Part shown: positions 54,535-63,434 of the stretch, piece after piece
Layout: each line of letters starts with the position of its first letter
Position numbering within the stretch: the first letter of the stretch is position 1
Assembly (NCBI GenBank): GCA_030765645.1
Contig: JAVCCE010000054.1
Coordinates: 3,568 to 67,567, forward strand
Reading direction: 5' to 3'
Source of the DNA: Candidatus Hinthialibacter antarcticus
Lineage (GTDB): Bacteria > Hinthialibacterota > Hinthialibacteria > Hinthialibacterales > Hinthialibacteraceae
Length of the DNA: 64,000 nucleotides
Position numbers and translations under genes: made by a program
The notes under the pieces: model-generated
The model's database searches: none
What the model was told of the DNA's origin: nothing
What the model saw: the letters and a program-made list of their open reading frames with translations, nothing else

Positions 54535-56559
54535 TCAGTGTTTTTGGATCGCGTCTTTCCAGCCAAGTTGGCTAGCCAGGTTGAGGCTCCAATCATAGTT
54601 TTCGTCGACGGCGCCCATGAGTTGGACCTTTGTTGGGTAAAGAAAACCAACCACCTGGGGCAGATCGGTCACCCGCAAGCAGTTTAACATTTCAATCGCC
54701 GGCCCGGTCCCGTCCGTTTCGCCAGGGGCGTTTTGTGTGGCGGGCGGGTTTTGAAGATAGACCGACTCAAGCCGCCCGTCTAACAACGCCGCGTACATCG
54801 CGACGGCCGCCATCTCGCCGCGCGCGGCAATCGCAATTTTGTCAGGGTCAACTTCGTCTATCGACCGCAATGCTTCAATACAGCGCAACACGTCATACAC
54901 CCTCATCGACGCGACCGTGCGCCCCGTCCACGCCGAGGCGCGCCTCACGTGCCACTGCAAACCCTGGCTCCAACTCGTCTCGCCCACGCCGCGAACCTGT
55001 AAGTAGGCGCGCGTCCATTCAGGGCGCAAGCCGTTTGAGAAACTCTCTGACGCCCAGCGCTTTTCGTTGGGGTTGCGCAAAACGAGCAGTACGGGTTTTT
55101 TCTCCGTTTTGGTTTCTTTCCAGTTCCATTCAAACGTCAGGCGAAATCCTTCTTCAGGGACGAAAGTGTAATCATTCATGCCGCTGGTTTCGTTGCTTCG
55201 CGAGCGGTATTCCATTCGAAGCGACAAGTCGCCAGGCGATTTCGGGAACGCATTAAACGTATTGTCTTTCAGAAACTCAATCACATGCGATTTATGCTTG
55301 TTCCAATCTTCTACCGTTTTTAACGCAGGCGGCGTTGCGACTTTGACAAAGGTTTCTTGAATGGTCTTTGTGCGGTCGTCCGCAGGCGGGCCGTCAACAT
55401 ACACCCTGAGTTCATCTTCGCTTAAAAGCGAATCTTCTGATTGGTCGACATCGCCGATTTCGTTTGGCGAAACGTCTTTGCCCATCAGGTGTTTCATCAT
55501 AAATGAAAAGATTTGAGTGCGCGACTTTTCGTGATACGAATGACCGCCCGGCGTTACGACAAGATTGATGTTGTCTTCGGCGCCGTATAATTCATAAATC
55601 TTTTTCATATACGCCACGCTCTGTTTAACGCCCTCTAATGAGTTGAGGCCGTCACGGTCGGCCTGACCAATCAAAAGAGGCCGGGGCGCGATCAGAGCGC
55701 CGATGTCATGATAGTCAATCAGTTTGGTGTTGATCGGCGTCATACAGTCACAGTGCCCGTCGACCATGCGCTGGCGAATATGCGACTCGAGCGTACAACA
55801 CCCGCACACCGGGGCGACCGCTTTGACGCGGCGGTCAATCGCGCCGATATACCAACTCTGCGAGCCGCCGCCCGAAATGCCCGTGACGCCAATGTTGTCT
55901 GGATCGACATAATCGAGAGAACATAACAAGTCGATACCGCGGATGCCGTTCCAGAGTTCGACGCCGCCCGGGGTGTAGCCGCGGCTATACCATTGAAACT
56001 GGCCTTCGGCGTAACATCCCCAATGGCTGCCATACACTTCGCCCCATTGAACGGTCTCAAAGACCAGCGCGACGAAACCCAGTTCAGCGAATTTACGTGG
56101 ATGCGGCTGGTAGCTGACTTTCTGAGTTCGCGAATGTCCGCAGGGGTATAAAATCGCTGGCGCTTTGTGGTTGATGGTATTGGGCACATATAAATTGGCG
56201 GGGACATAAAGATTGGGCAGCGACTCATAATAGAGTTTGATGATCTTGTAATTATCTTTTTGAATCACGCCGATCTCTTTGATGTTCAAAGGAGGTCGCT
56301 CGCCGCTCAAGGGGACGTCATGCAGGCTGAGCATTCCGGTCAGTTCTTGATATCGCTGTTCGCGCGCGCGTTCCCAGTCTTCTAGCGTGTTGATGTCAGC
56401 GAGTGAATTGTGAGTAATCTCGCTGGCGGCGCGCATCAGATATTGTCGGATGTTATTGCTCTGGTCAAATATGGGTTTGGTTTCAATTTGAAGCGGTTTG
56501 CTTTGCGCTAACATAATAACATTCAATACCAACAACGAAATGATGATTTTCTTATACAT
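54535..56559 (-). CDS. Secreted two-domain alpha/beta hydrolase (acetylxylan esterase-like)
   Basis: VPANLY, CGH, VTGISGGG, HCDC, IAPRPL, GGHSY; second domain lacks a GxSxG motif; ATG 56559 after gaggag. Confidence 0.8.
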   Translation of the reverse strand: MYKKIIISLLVLNVIMLAQSKPLQIETKPIFDQSNNIRQYLMRAASEITHNSLADINTLEDWERAREQRYQELTGMLSLHDVPLSGERPPLNIKEIGVIQKDNYKIIKLYYESLPNLYVPANLYVPNTINHKAPAILYPCGHSRTQKVSYQPHPRKFAELGFVALVFETVQWGEVYGSHWGCYAEGQFQWYSRGYTPGGVELWNGIRGIDLLCSLDYVDPDNIGVTGISGGGSQSWYIGAIDRRVKAVAPVCGCCTLESHIRQRMVDGHCDCMTPINTKLIDYHDIGALIAPRPLLIGQADRDGLNSLEGVKQSVAYMKKIYELYGAEDNINLVVTPGGHSYHEKSRTQIFSFMMKHLMGKDVSPNEIGDVDQSEDSLLSEDELRVYVDGPPADDRTKTIQETFVKVATPPALKTVEDWNKHKSHVIEFLKDNTFNAFPKSPGDLSLRMEYRSRSNETSGMNDYTFVPEEGFRLTFEWNWKETKTEKKPVLLVLRNPNEKRWASESFSNGLRPEWTRAYLQVRGVGETSWSQGLQWHVRRASAWTGRTVASMRVYDVLRCIEALRSIDEVDPDKIAIAARGEMAAVAMYAALLDGRLESVYLQNPPATQNAPGETDGTGPAIEMLNCLRVTDLPQVVGFLYPTKVQLMGAVDENYDWSLNLASQLGWKDAIQKH

Positions 56560-56671
56560 GTTTCCGAATCTCCTCACAAGTTAACACGCGATATTCATTC
56601 CTTGCCAATCCAGATAGCGTTCGGACGATGATTGCCCTGATCCTATCACAAAACACATGAAGCCATCTCAA

Positions 56672-56795
56672 AAATTTCTGGTCTTTCGTTGCGTACGGCA
56701 TGGGTGTAACTCTGGGAGCGCCCATGCCTGAATACGTTTTCGTAATCAAAATCATGACCATCCATCAATGCAAGTACTCACTTACCGGATGAACC
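56672..56795. mobile_element. MITE copy 6 (internally deleted; hairpin core inverted)
   Basis: ggcatgggtgtaactctgGGAGCGcccatgcctga...cttaccggatgaacc; left boundary approximate. Confidence 0.75.
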
Positions 56796-56882
56796 TTATT
56801 TCTCATCAGAGAGGCGCCTTCAGTCGCCATTTTTGATTTTTTCTTTTGAACCTATCTGCGTTATTTGCAGTCTCAGTCATAA

Positions 56883-56902
56883 TTTGATAGATTCAATGAC
56901 AA
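56883..56902 (+). promoter_or_regulatory. 20-bp upstream motif shared with 60547-60566 and 52192-52211
   Basis: tttgatagattcaatgacaa; contains TGnTAGATT, resembling an extended -10. Confidence 0.5.
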
Positions 56903-57005
56903 CACCGAACAATCAAACGGTCTGGGAGTTTTGAAACTGCGCCTTATAAACACCGATTGGAAAGAGAACCGAATTATAAAATTCTCCATTTGAAAGGAAC
57001 GATTA

Positions 57006-58616
57006 ATGACTATCTCGAATCTGAATCGAAGAGATGTTATCAAAGGCCTAGGGGCTTTGCCGTTTGGTTTAAGTTTACCGCTAACGGCGAGCGCTCAAAC
57101 GAAGCAACCGAATATTGTATTTATTTTTTCTGATGACCACTCTCTGCAAACACTGGGCGCCTATAAAACAAGATTACAAGACTTTATCAAAAAACATAAA
57201 ATCACTCCCAATATAGATTCGATTGCTGATGATGGTGTTTTATTTACCAACAGTTTTGTGGCGAATTCAATCTGCGGGCCGAGTCGGGCCTGTATTTTAA
57301 CGGGCAAGCATAGCCATAAAAATGGTTTTATGTCTAACGGAAATAAATTCGATGGCAGCCAGTGGACTGTGGCGAAAGAATTGCAGAACGCGAATTATCA
57401 AACCGCAGTGATTGGGAAATGGCACCTGGGAACACTGCCAACAGGGTTCGATGATTACGCCGTTTTGCCCGGTCAAGGCAAATACTACAATCCTGATTTT
57501 AAAGTGAAAGGTTCGGATGATTTGGTCCGCAAAGATGGATATTGTTCGGACTTGATTGGCGACATGACCCTCGAATGGCTTGATAAAAAGCGGGATAAAT
57601 CGAAACCGTTTTTCTTATGCAGTTGGCACAAAGCCCCTCACCGGACATGGATGCCTCATCCAAGACATTTCAATTTATTGGATGGGATTGACGTTCCTGA
57701 ACCCGAAAATCTATTTGATGATTATGAGGGCCGAACGTCTGCCGCCAGTGAACAAGAAATGACCATCCGCGATCACATTAATATTGCGATGGACGTTAAG
57801 GTGACTCCGCCAGCAGCGACAACTTCGATAGAAGATATCCGTAAGGCTGTTCCTGAAAGCAAATCACGGGATATGTCGACGATCGGCGAATTTCAACGAA
57901 TGACAGAGAAACAAAAAGAAGCATGGGATGAATATTATGCTCCACGCAATGAGAAGTTCCTTCAGCAGAACTTAACGGGAGATGATCTTGTTCGTTGGAA
58001 ATATCAAGCATACCTGAAAGACTATATCAAATGCGTCAAAGCGATGGATGAGAATGTAGGCCGGGTATTGGATTATTTAAAAGAGAATGATCTAGAAAAA
58101 AACACCATCGTAATCTACAGCTCGGATCAAGGCTTTTATAACGGTGAACATGGTTGGTATGACAAGCGCTGGATGTATGAGGAATCATTACGGAATCCAT
58201 TGATTGTGAAATGGCCTTCAGTCGCTAAGGCAGGAACAAAGTGTGACGCGATTGTGCAAAATATTGATTATGCTTCAACAATATTGGAAGCGGCGGGCGC
58301 TACAATTCCAGACGAAGTGCAAGGTGAGTCATTGGTCCCATTGTTAAAAGGCGAGACGCCGGATGATTGGCGTAATAGTCTTTTATACACCTATTATGAG
58401 ATTGGCGTTCATGCGGTTGCTCAACACCGTGGGGTGCGAAATGCGCGGTATAAATTAATCGAGTTTTATACAACCGGCGAGTGGGAATTTTTCGACCTGC
58501 AAAAAGATCCACTAGAGATGAAAAGCGAGTATAACAACCCTGACTATGCATCTATCATCAGTGAAATGAAACATGAACTAAAACGGTTGATGAATGAGTA
58601 TGAACTGAAAGTATAA
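57006..58616 (+). CDS. Tat-exported S1 sulfatase
   Basis: NRRDVIK; PNIVFIFSDDH, CGPSRA, GKWHL, HKAPH, SDQG, DKRWMYEES. Confidence 0.95.
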   Translation: MTISNLNRRDVIKGLGALPFGLSLPLTASAQTKQPNIVFIFSDDHSLQTLGAYKTRLQDFIKKHKITPNIDSIADDGVLFTNSFVANSICGPSRACILTGKHSHKNGFMSNGNKFDGSQWTVAKELQNANYQTAVIGKWHLGTLPTGFDDYAVLPGQGKYYNPDFKVKGSDDLVRKDGYCSDLIGDMTLEWLDKKRDKSKPFFLCSWHKAPHRTWMPHPRHFNLLDGIDVPEPENLFDDYEGRTSAASEQEMTIRDHINIAMDVKVTPPAATTSIEDIRKAVPESKSRDMSTIGEFQRMTEKQKEAWDEYYAPRNEKFLQQNLTGDDLVRWKYQAYLKDYIKCVKAMDENVGRVLDYLKENDLEKNTIVIYSSDQGFYNGEHGWYDKRWMYEESLRNPLIVKWPSVAKAGTKCDAIVQNIDYASTILEAAGATIPDEVQGESLVPLLKGETPDDWRNSLLYTYYEIGVHAVAQHRGVRNARYKLIEFYTTGEWEFFDLQKDPLEMKSEYNNPDYASIISEMKHELKRLMNEYELKV

Positions 58617-58696
58617 CCAGTCGGTTAATGACCGAGACGTTTAACCGAAGATCATTTCTTCAACGCGCCGGTGCGTTTTGGGATTTCTCTCTTGGC

Positions 58697-58724
58697 AAAA
58701 AAGGCGGCTTAGGCCGCCTTTTTT
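58697..58724. terminator. Bidirectional rho-independent terminator
   Basis: aaaaaaggcggc-ttag-gccgcctttttt between convergent genes. Confidence 0.88.
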
Positions 58725-58734
58725 TATTCCGTGC

Positions 58735-60384
58735 TTATTGAGCCGAAGCTCGCTGGGAAGTCACGATGGGAACATAACCATATTCAAGCCCTTTTGGCGG
58801 CGTAACAATCAAGGCCGGATCAAGCGAGACGAGTTGAATGTCACGGCTTGGCGGCGGCATGTAATCCCGGTCAATCGGCCATTGTTTGTGGATTTTTTCC
58901 ACAAAGGCTTGCAACGTCTCTTTCTTTTTCTGGCTCCAATCATATTGCTGAAAAGAGGGTTGGTCGATAAACCGATACCACGAATAAGTGACCGTCGATC
59001 CATCAATCAATTTCACTTCGTACGGCCCGTGCGCCGCCCCGGGATTTGTCCAGGCGCCTTCTTTGGGGGAGGTGTAGGGTTCGCCGGGTGACGCCAAAGC
59101 AAACTCTTTCTGTCTTAATAATTCAGGGACTTCATCGCTAGATACCGCGACGCGCTCGTCGCCTATCTGTTTATAATACTGCGGGAATATGCCTTGGGGG
59201 CTTATGTTGTTTTCGAACCACTGTAACCCCCACAGGCCGTCGGCGTGGACTTTTGTGTCAAATACGTTTTCGACATTTTTCATTTGCTGACCGGCCTGAT
59301 CATATTTTGTCGTACGCGTCGTCAAAGTCGATTTCCATGACGCTTCGGTGTTGAAATTGCCAGGGCAATCCGGGCCTCCATCGCGCCATGTTTTGAATGA
59401 ATGGTAGAGAGCGTCTTTCGAGTAATAGGCGACATCCTGCACCAGCAGCGTCCTCCCATGCGCATCCACGGGGAAATGTAGTTTCGGAATTTTTGAAAAC
59501 ACATTGCCTTCTTCATCAACGACATCGAAACGGGGAACGGTATTAATTTCGATGGCGCCGCCGCCCATGTTTCCCGGACGCGCATCAAGCCCTCTTCCAT
59601 AAATAAATGGATAGTCAAATATCTTTCCGATTTTGCTCCAGGTTTCAGGGATGTAGTAGGCGATAGGGCCTTTGAAATTTGCTGCATTGATAAAACAAGT
59701 CCAACTTTGATCGCCGGTGGGCGGGTCGCCTGTGGTGGGGTCAGTAAAAGGTAACGCCATATAGGTATAGCCAAAAAATTCACCATTTGGCTTGCCTTGA
59801 AACGGCAGGGCGTCAGGCGGAATTAAGAGCCTGTTACTCAGTTGAGCAATGCCCAGGCGGTCGTCAGGCAATGCTGTGTCGCTATAAAAAAACGACCAGC
59901 CCGGAGAACCGACTTCGTAGTCGTAACATTGTGGAGTGGCGTTCATACTAAATTTGGGTGAGCCGTAACGAAAGTGATTTCTTGCCCAAAACCCCAGGCC
60001 GCCTTCCACCGTTTGGAAGACGCTGCTCCAGGTTGGCCCGCGCTCTGGCCAGTTGTCCCGGGCCAGAGTCCCGACGGGAGCGAGAGGCTTATCTTTGTTA
60101 TCGGAGTTGTCCGGTGTGATCCATGCGCCTGCCAGCCCGATTTGGAAATTGGCAACTGGCTGGTCAACCAAAGGCCAAACCGCTGAATAAAAACCCATCC
60201 CGGCGTTAAATTCAGAACGCTCAGGAGGGCGGGTTGCGCTATAGCCAATATAACCATGAAGCCCTCTGGAATGAGAAGTGATTTCAAGTTCGCCAGACTT
60301 TTGTATGGTTTGAGAATGAGAACTCAAGCAACAAATGATAGACAGCAGCGTCGACAGGATTATTAAGTGAGTATTTTTATTCAT
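58735..60384 (-). CDS. Secreted hypothetical protein (aromatic/Pro/Gly-rich)
   Basis: 549-aa ORF with signal peptide and gagg RBS; no motif recognised. Confidence 0.8.
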   Translation of the reverse strand: MNKNTHLIILSTLLSIICCLSSHSQTIQKSGELEITSHSRGLHGYIGYSATRPPERSEFNAGMGFYSAVWPLVDQPVANFQIGLAGAWITPDNSDNKDKPLAPVGTLARDNWPERGPTWSSVFQTVEGGLGFWARNHFRYGSPKFSMNATPQCYDYEVGSPGWSFFYSDTALPDDRLGIAQLSNRLLIPPDALPFQGKPNGEFFGYTYMALPFTDPTTGDPPTGDQSWTCFINAANFKGPIAYYIPETWSKIGKIFDYPFIYGRGLDARPGNMGGGAIEINTVPRFDVVDEEGNVFSKIPKLHFPVDAHGRTLLVQDVAYYSKDALYHSFKTWRDGGPDCPGNFNTEASWKSTLTTRTTKYDQAGQQMKNVENVFDTKVHADGLWGLQWFENNISPQGIFPQYYKQIGDERVAVSSDEVPELLRQKEFALASPGEPYTSPKEGAWTNPGAAHGPYEVKLIDGSTVTYSWYRFIDQPSFQQYDWSQKKKETLQAFVEKIHKQWPIDRDYMPPPSRDIQLVSLDPALIVTPPKGLEYGYVPIVTSQRASAQ

Positions 60385-60546
60385 GAATCCGCCTCATTCA
60401 AATATGTATTGATTGCTTTCTGCTTACAAGTTCACTGAATGAATCGCATTATACATTCAACTTAAGCGGCTTGGCGGATTGATGAAGTATTACTTTCAGA
60501 ATTTCGCTTCAGTCTCCAACTTTAACAATTGATTCAGCGCTGATTC

Positions 60547-60566
60547 TTTGATAGATTCAATGACAA
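60547..60566 (+). promoter_or_regulatory. Second exact copy of the 20-bp upstream motif
   Basis: tttgatagattcaatgacaa, about 40 bp before the sulfatase ATG. Confidence 0.5.
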
Positions 60567-60607
60567 TCTCGAGACTAATTCTATATCAGAGTTTGGACAA
60601 TATAATA

Positions 60608-62110
60608 ATGAACCTTAACCTCAATCGTCGCGATTTTCTTGGAATGATGAGCGCAGGCATGGCCTCAACCGCATTGCCTGACGCAAACGCAGTGAGCAAT
60701 AACAATAAGCGCCCGAACTTCATTGTCATTTTTGCTGACGATCTTGGCTATGGCGACATTGAAGGATTCGGCAACCAACAGATCAAATATCAGACTCCAG
60801 CGCTAAAACGCATGGCGTCTGAAGGCGTAAAATTGACTCAGGTCTATGTGCCCGTGCCCTATTGCGCTCCATCCCGCGCGTCTCTTTTAACGGGCCGCTA
60901 TCCCTTCAGAAATGGCGTTGTACACAACCCTACTCCTGACGCAGGCGTCAATAATATCGGCTTGCCTGAGTCAGAAATCACCATTGCGGAAGCGCTCAAG
61001 CCAGCGGGGTACGCCACCAGTTGTATCGGCAAATGGCACTTGGGACACCGTCGCCGCTTCTTGCCAACCAACCAGGGATTCGACGAATATTTCGGCATTC
61101 TTTATTCAAACGATATGCGCCCGGTTCAGTTGGTTGAAAACGAGACGGTGCATGAATATCCCGCCTACCAACCTACGCTAACCAAGCGGTATACAGAACG
61201 CGCGCTTGATTTCATCCAACGCAGCCATGACGCAGACAAGCCGTTTTTTCTCTATCTTCCTCACGCGATGCCCCATAAGCCGCTGGCGGCGTCCGAAGAG
61301 TTCTACACGCCCGACACGCCTGACGATCTATACGCTGATGTGATTCGAGAACTCGACTGGTCAGTCGATCAGGTTTTGGAAAAAGTTAAAAATCTAGGCA
61401 TTGATGAAAATACGCTCATCCTATTTCTTTCAGATAACGGCCCCTGGTATGGAGGCGACACGGGCGGCTTGCGCGGGATGAAAGCCGCCACGTGGGATGG
61501 CGGTCTTCGCGTTCCATTTATTGCGCACTGGCCGGGCAAAATCCCGGCGGGGTCAGTCCACAACACGCCAGCCGGAACGATTGACATCTTCCCGACGCTG
61601 CTCAAACTTGCGGGCGTTGAACCCCCTACCGACCGTGAGATCGACGGCGTTGACATTATGCCGCTATTGAATGGGACGAATACCGAGAATCCACATGAAT
61701 ATCTATTTGCACTCAAAGGCACAAACTTGGCCATGGTCAGAAGCGGCCCCTGGAAACTTCACCTTCGCAGTCCGGGAAACATACCGAACCGGGGCGACGA
61801 CTGGGTTGATCCGCGCGGACCTGACGGCGTCACCCTGCTGGCCCAATTCGAGCAATCCCGCCCGAGTGAATACCCCGGAACAACCGAAGGCGTCGAGCCA
61901 AAGTCGATGATGCTATTCAACCTCGATGATGATCCGGCCGAGACGCGCGACATCAGCGGCGATCACCCCGAGGTTGTAAATAGAATGAAAGCTTATGCTG
62001 ATACAATTCTATCAAACTGGCCAGAATTTGAACAACCAGGCCGGTTCAAAGGTGGAATGAAGCGAGTCAAAGGCGGACGCATGGACTTTTTTGAGGAGTA
62101 CCATCAATAA
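60608..62110 (+). CDS. Tat-exported arylsulfatase A-like S1 sulfatase
   Basis: NRRDFLG; PNFIVIFADDLGYGD, CAPSRASLLTGR, GKWHLG, YSNDM, SDNGPW. Confidence 0.95.
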   Translation: MNLNLNRRDFLGMMSAGMASTALPDANAVSNNNKRPNFIVIFADDLGYGDIEGFGNQQIKYQTPALKRMASEGVKLTQVYVPVPYCAPSRASLLTGRYPFRNGVVHNPTPDAGVNNIGLPESEITIAEALKPAGYATSCIGKWHLGHRRRFLPTNQGFDEYFGILYSNDMRPVQLVENETVHEYPAYQPTLTKRYTERALDFIQRSHDADKPFFLYLPHAMPHKPLAASEEFYTPDTPDDLYADVIRELDWSVDQVLEKVKNLGIDENTLILFLSDNGPWYGGDTGGLRGMKAATWDGGLRVPFIAHWPGKIPAGSVHNTPAGTIDIFPTLLKLAGVEPPTDREIDGVDIMPLLNGTNTENPHEYLFALKGTNLAMVRSGPWKLHLRSPGNIPNRGDDWVDPRGPDGVTLLAQFEQSRPSEYPGTTEGVEPKSMMLFNLDDDPAETRDISGDHPEVVNRMKAYADTILSNWPEFEQPGRFKGGMKRVKGGRMDFFEEYHQ

Positions 62111-62153
62111 GCCGCTTAACGTTGAATGAGAAATTTCTGCCATTCAAAACAAT

Positions 62154-62298
62154 GCTTCATCTAGTAAGTGTGTACTTACATTGATGGATGACCATGTTTT
62201 TGATCAGGCATGGGTGCAACTCTGGGAGCGCCTGTGCATAAGGGCATGAAAGCCCGCACTGAAGCGAGCAGAGTTGTACCCGTGCCCCATACAGCAAA
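62154..62298. mobile_element. MITE copy 7 (degenerate end, internal deletion, intact hairpin)
   Basis: gcttcatctagtaagtgtgtacttacattgatggatgacc matches the copy 2 left end; hairpin ~62203-62286. Confidence 0.8.
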
Positions 62299-62321
62299 TC
62301 CACTAAGAGATTCATCAAAAT

Positions 62322-63434
62322 ATGATTGACTCACACGCAGCCATTGCACATAGTGACGGTACATTCTCAGTCGAACCAGTTACCGTCAACAAACCGGGCC
62401 CCGGCGAAGCGCTTGTTGAACTCAAAGCCTCCGGCGTTTGTCATACCGATTACGATTCAATGCACACTTGGAAGCGGGATTTCATTCTCGGCCATGAAGG
62501 CGCAGGCGTCGTGCTTGAGACTGGAGACGGCGTTACCGAAGTTGAGCCGGGCGACCGCGTGATTTTAACCTGGGCGATATCGTGCGGGCGCTGCCTTCAA
62601 TGCAACCTCGGCAACATTCATATTTGCGAGAATTATTCGCCCGTCACCGGGCCTCATCTCGGCGGCCACGCGCATGTCGAATCGACGCTGTGGAACGGCA
62701 AACCGATAGACCGCTCCTTCAACCTCGGGACGATGTCAAACCATACGGTGGTGCGCGAAGAAGCGCTGGTAAAGATTGACGTCGATATCCCATTCACTTC
62801 CGCTTGTATTATTGGATGCGGCGTGATGACAGGGTTCGGGTCGGTTGCGAACGCTGCCAATGTTCAAACGGGCAGTTCTGTCGTCGTCTTAGGAGCAGGC
62901 GGCGTCGGGTTGAACGTGATTCAATCAGCCCGCCTTGCCGGGGCCGCTGCGGTGATCGCCGTTGATGTGAACCGATCACGATTAGCCATGGCGAATCAGT
63001 TCGGCGCGACGCACTGCATTCAAGCCGACCGGGAAGATAAAAACCTACTCCAGGCAAGTGAGAAAGTAAAAGCGTTGACAGCCATGCGCGGCGCTGATTA
63101 TGCCTTCGAGTGTACGGCGATCCCCGAATTGGGCGACGCGCCTTTGCGTATGGTTCGCAACGCAGGCATGGCCGTTCAAGTCAGTGGAATCGAGCAGACG
63201 ATTGCCTTCGACGCAGAACTATTTGAATGGGACAAGATATACATCAATCCTCTCTATGGCAAATGCCGCCCCAAAGTTGATTTCCCAAAAATCCTCAAAC
63301 TATACGAAAACAAACAATACAAAATCGACGAACTGGTTACGCGGACCTACTCGCTTAACGAGTTGGGGCAAGCGTTCGAAGACATGCTTCAAGGGCGCAA
63401 CGCAAAAGGCGTCATTTCGCTGGAGGCGTCATGA
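62322..63434 (+). CDS. Zinc-dependent alcohol dehydrogenase (MDR family)
   Basis: CHTD, GHEGAG, CGRCLQC...C structural Zn site, GCGVMTG, GAGGVG. Confidence 0.95.
   Translation: MIDSHAAIAHSDGTFSVEPVTVNKPGPGEALVELKASGVCHTDYDSMHTWKRDFILGHEGAGVVLETGDGVTEVEPGDRVILTWAISCGRCLQCNLGNIHICENYSPVTGPHLGGHAHVESTLWNGKPIDRSFNLGTMSNHTVVREEALVKIDVDIPFTSACIIGCGVMTGFGSVANAANVQTGSSVVVLGAGGVGLNVIQSARLAGAAAVIAVDVNRSRLAMANQFGATHCIQADREDKNLLQASEKVKALTAMRGADYAFECTAIPELGDAPLRMVRNAGMAVQVSGIEQTIAFDAELFEWDKIYINPLYGKCRPKVDFPKILKLYENKQYKIDELVTRTYSLNELGQAFEDMLQGRNAKGVISLEAS

Noticed and set aside
12005..62298. Repeats as a CRISPR array or integron attC cassettes
   Set aside because: Copies are kilobases apart, in both orientations, with no spacers, cas genes, integrase or GTTRRRY cores
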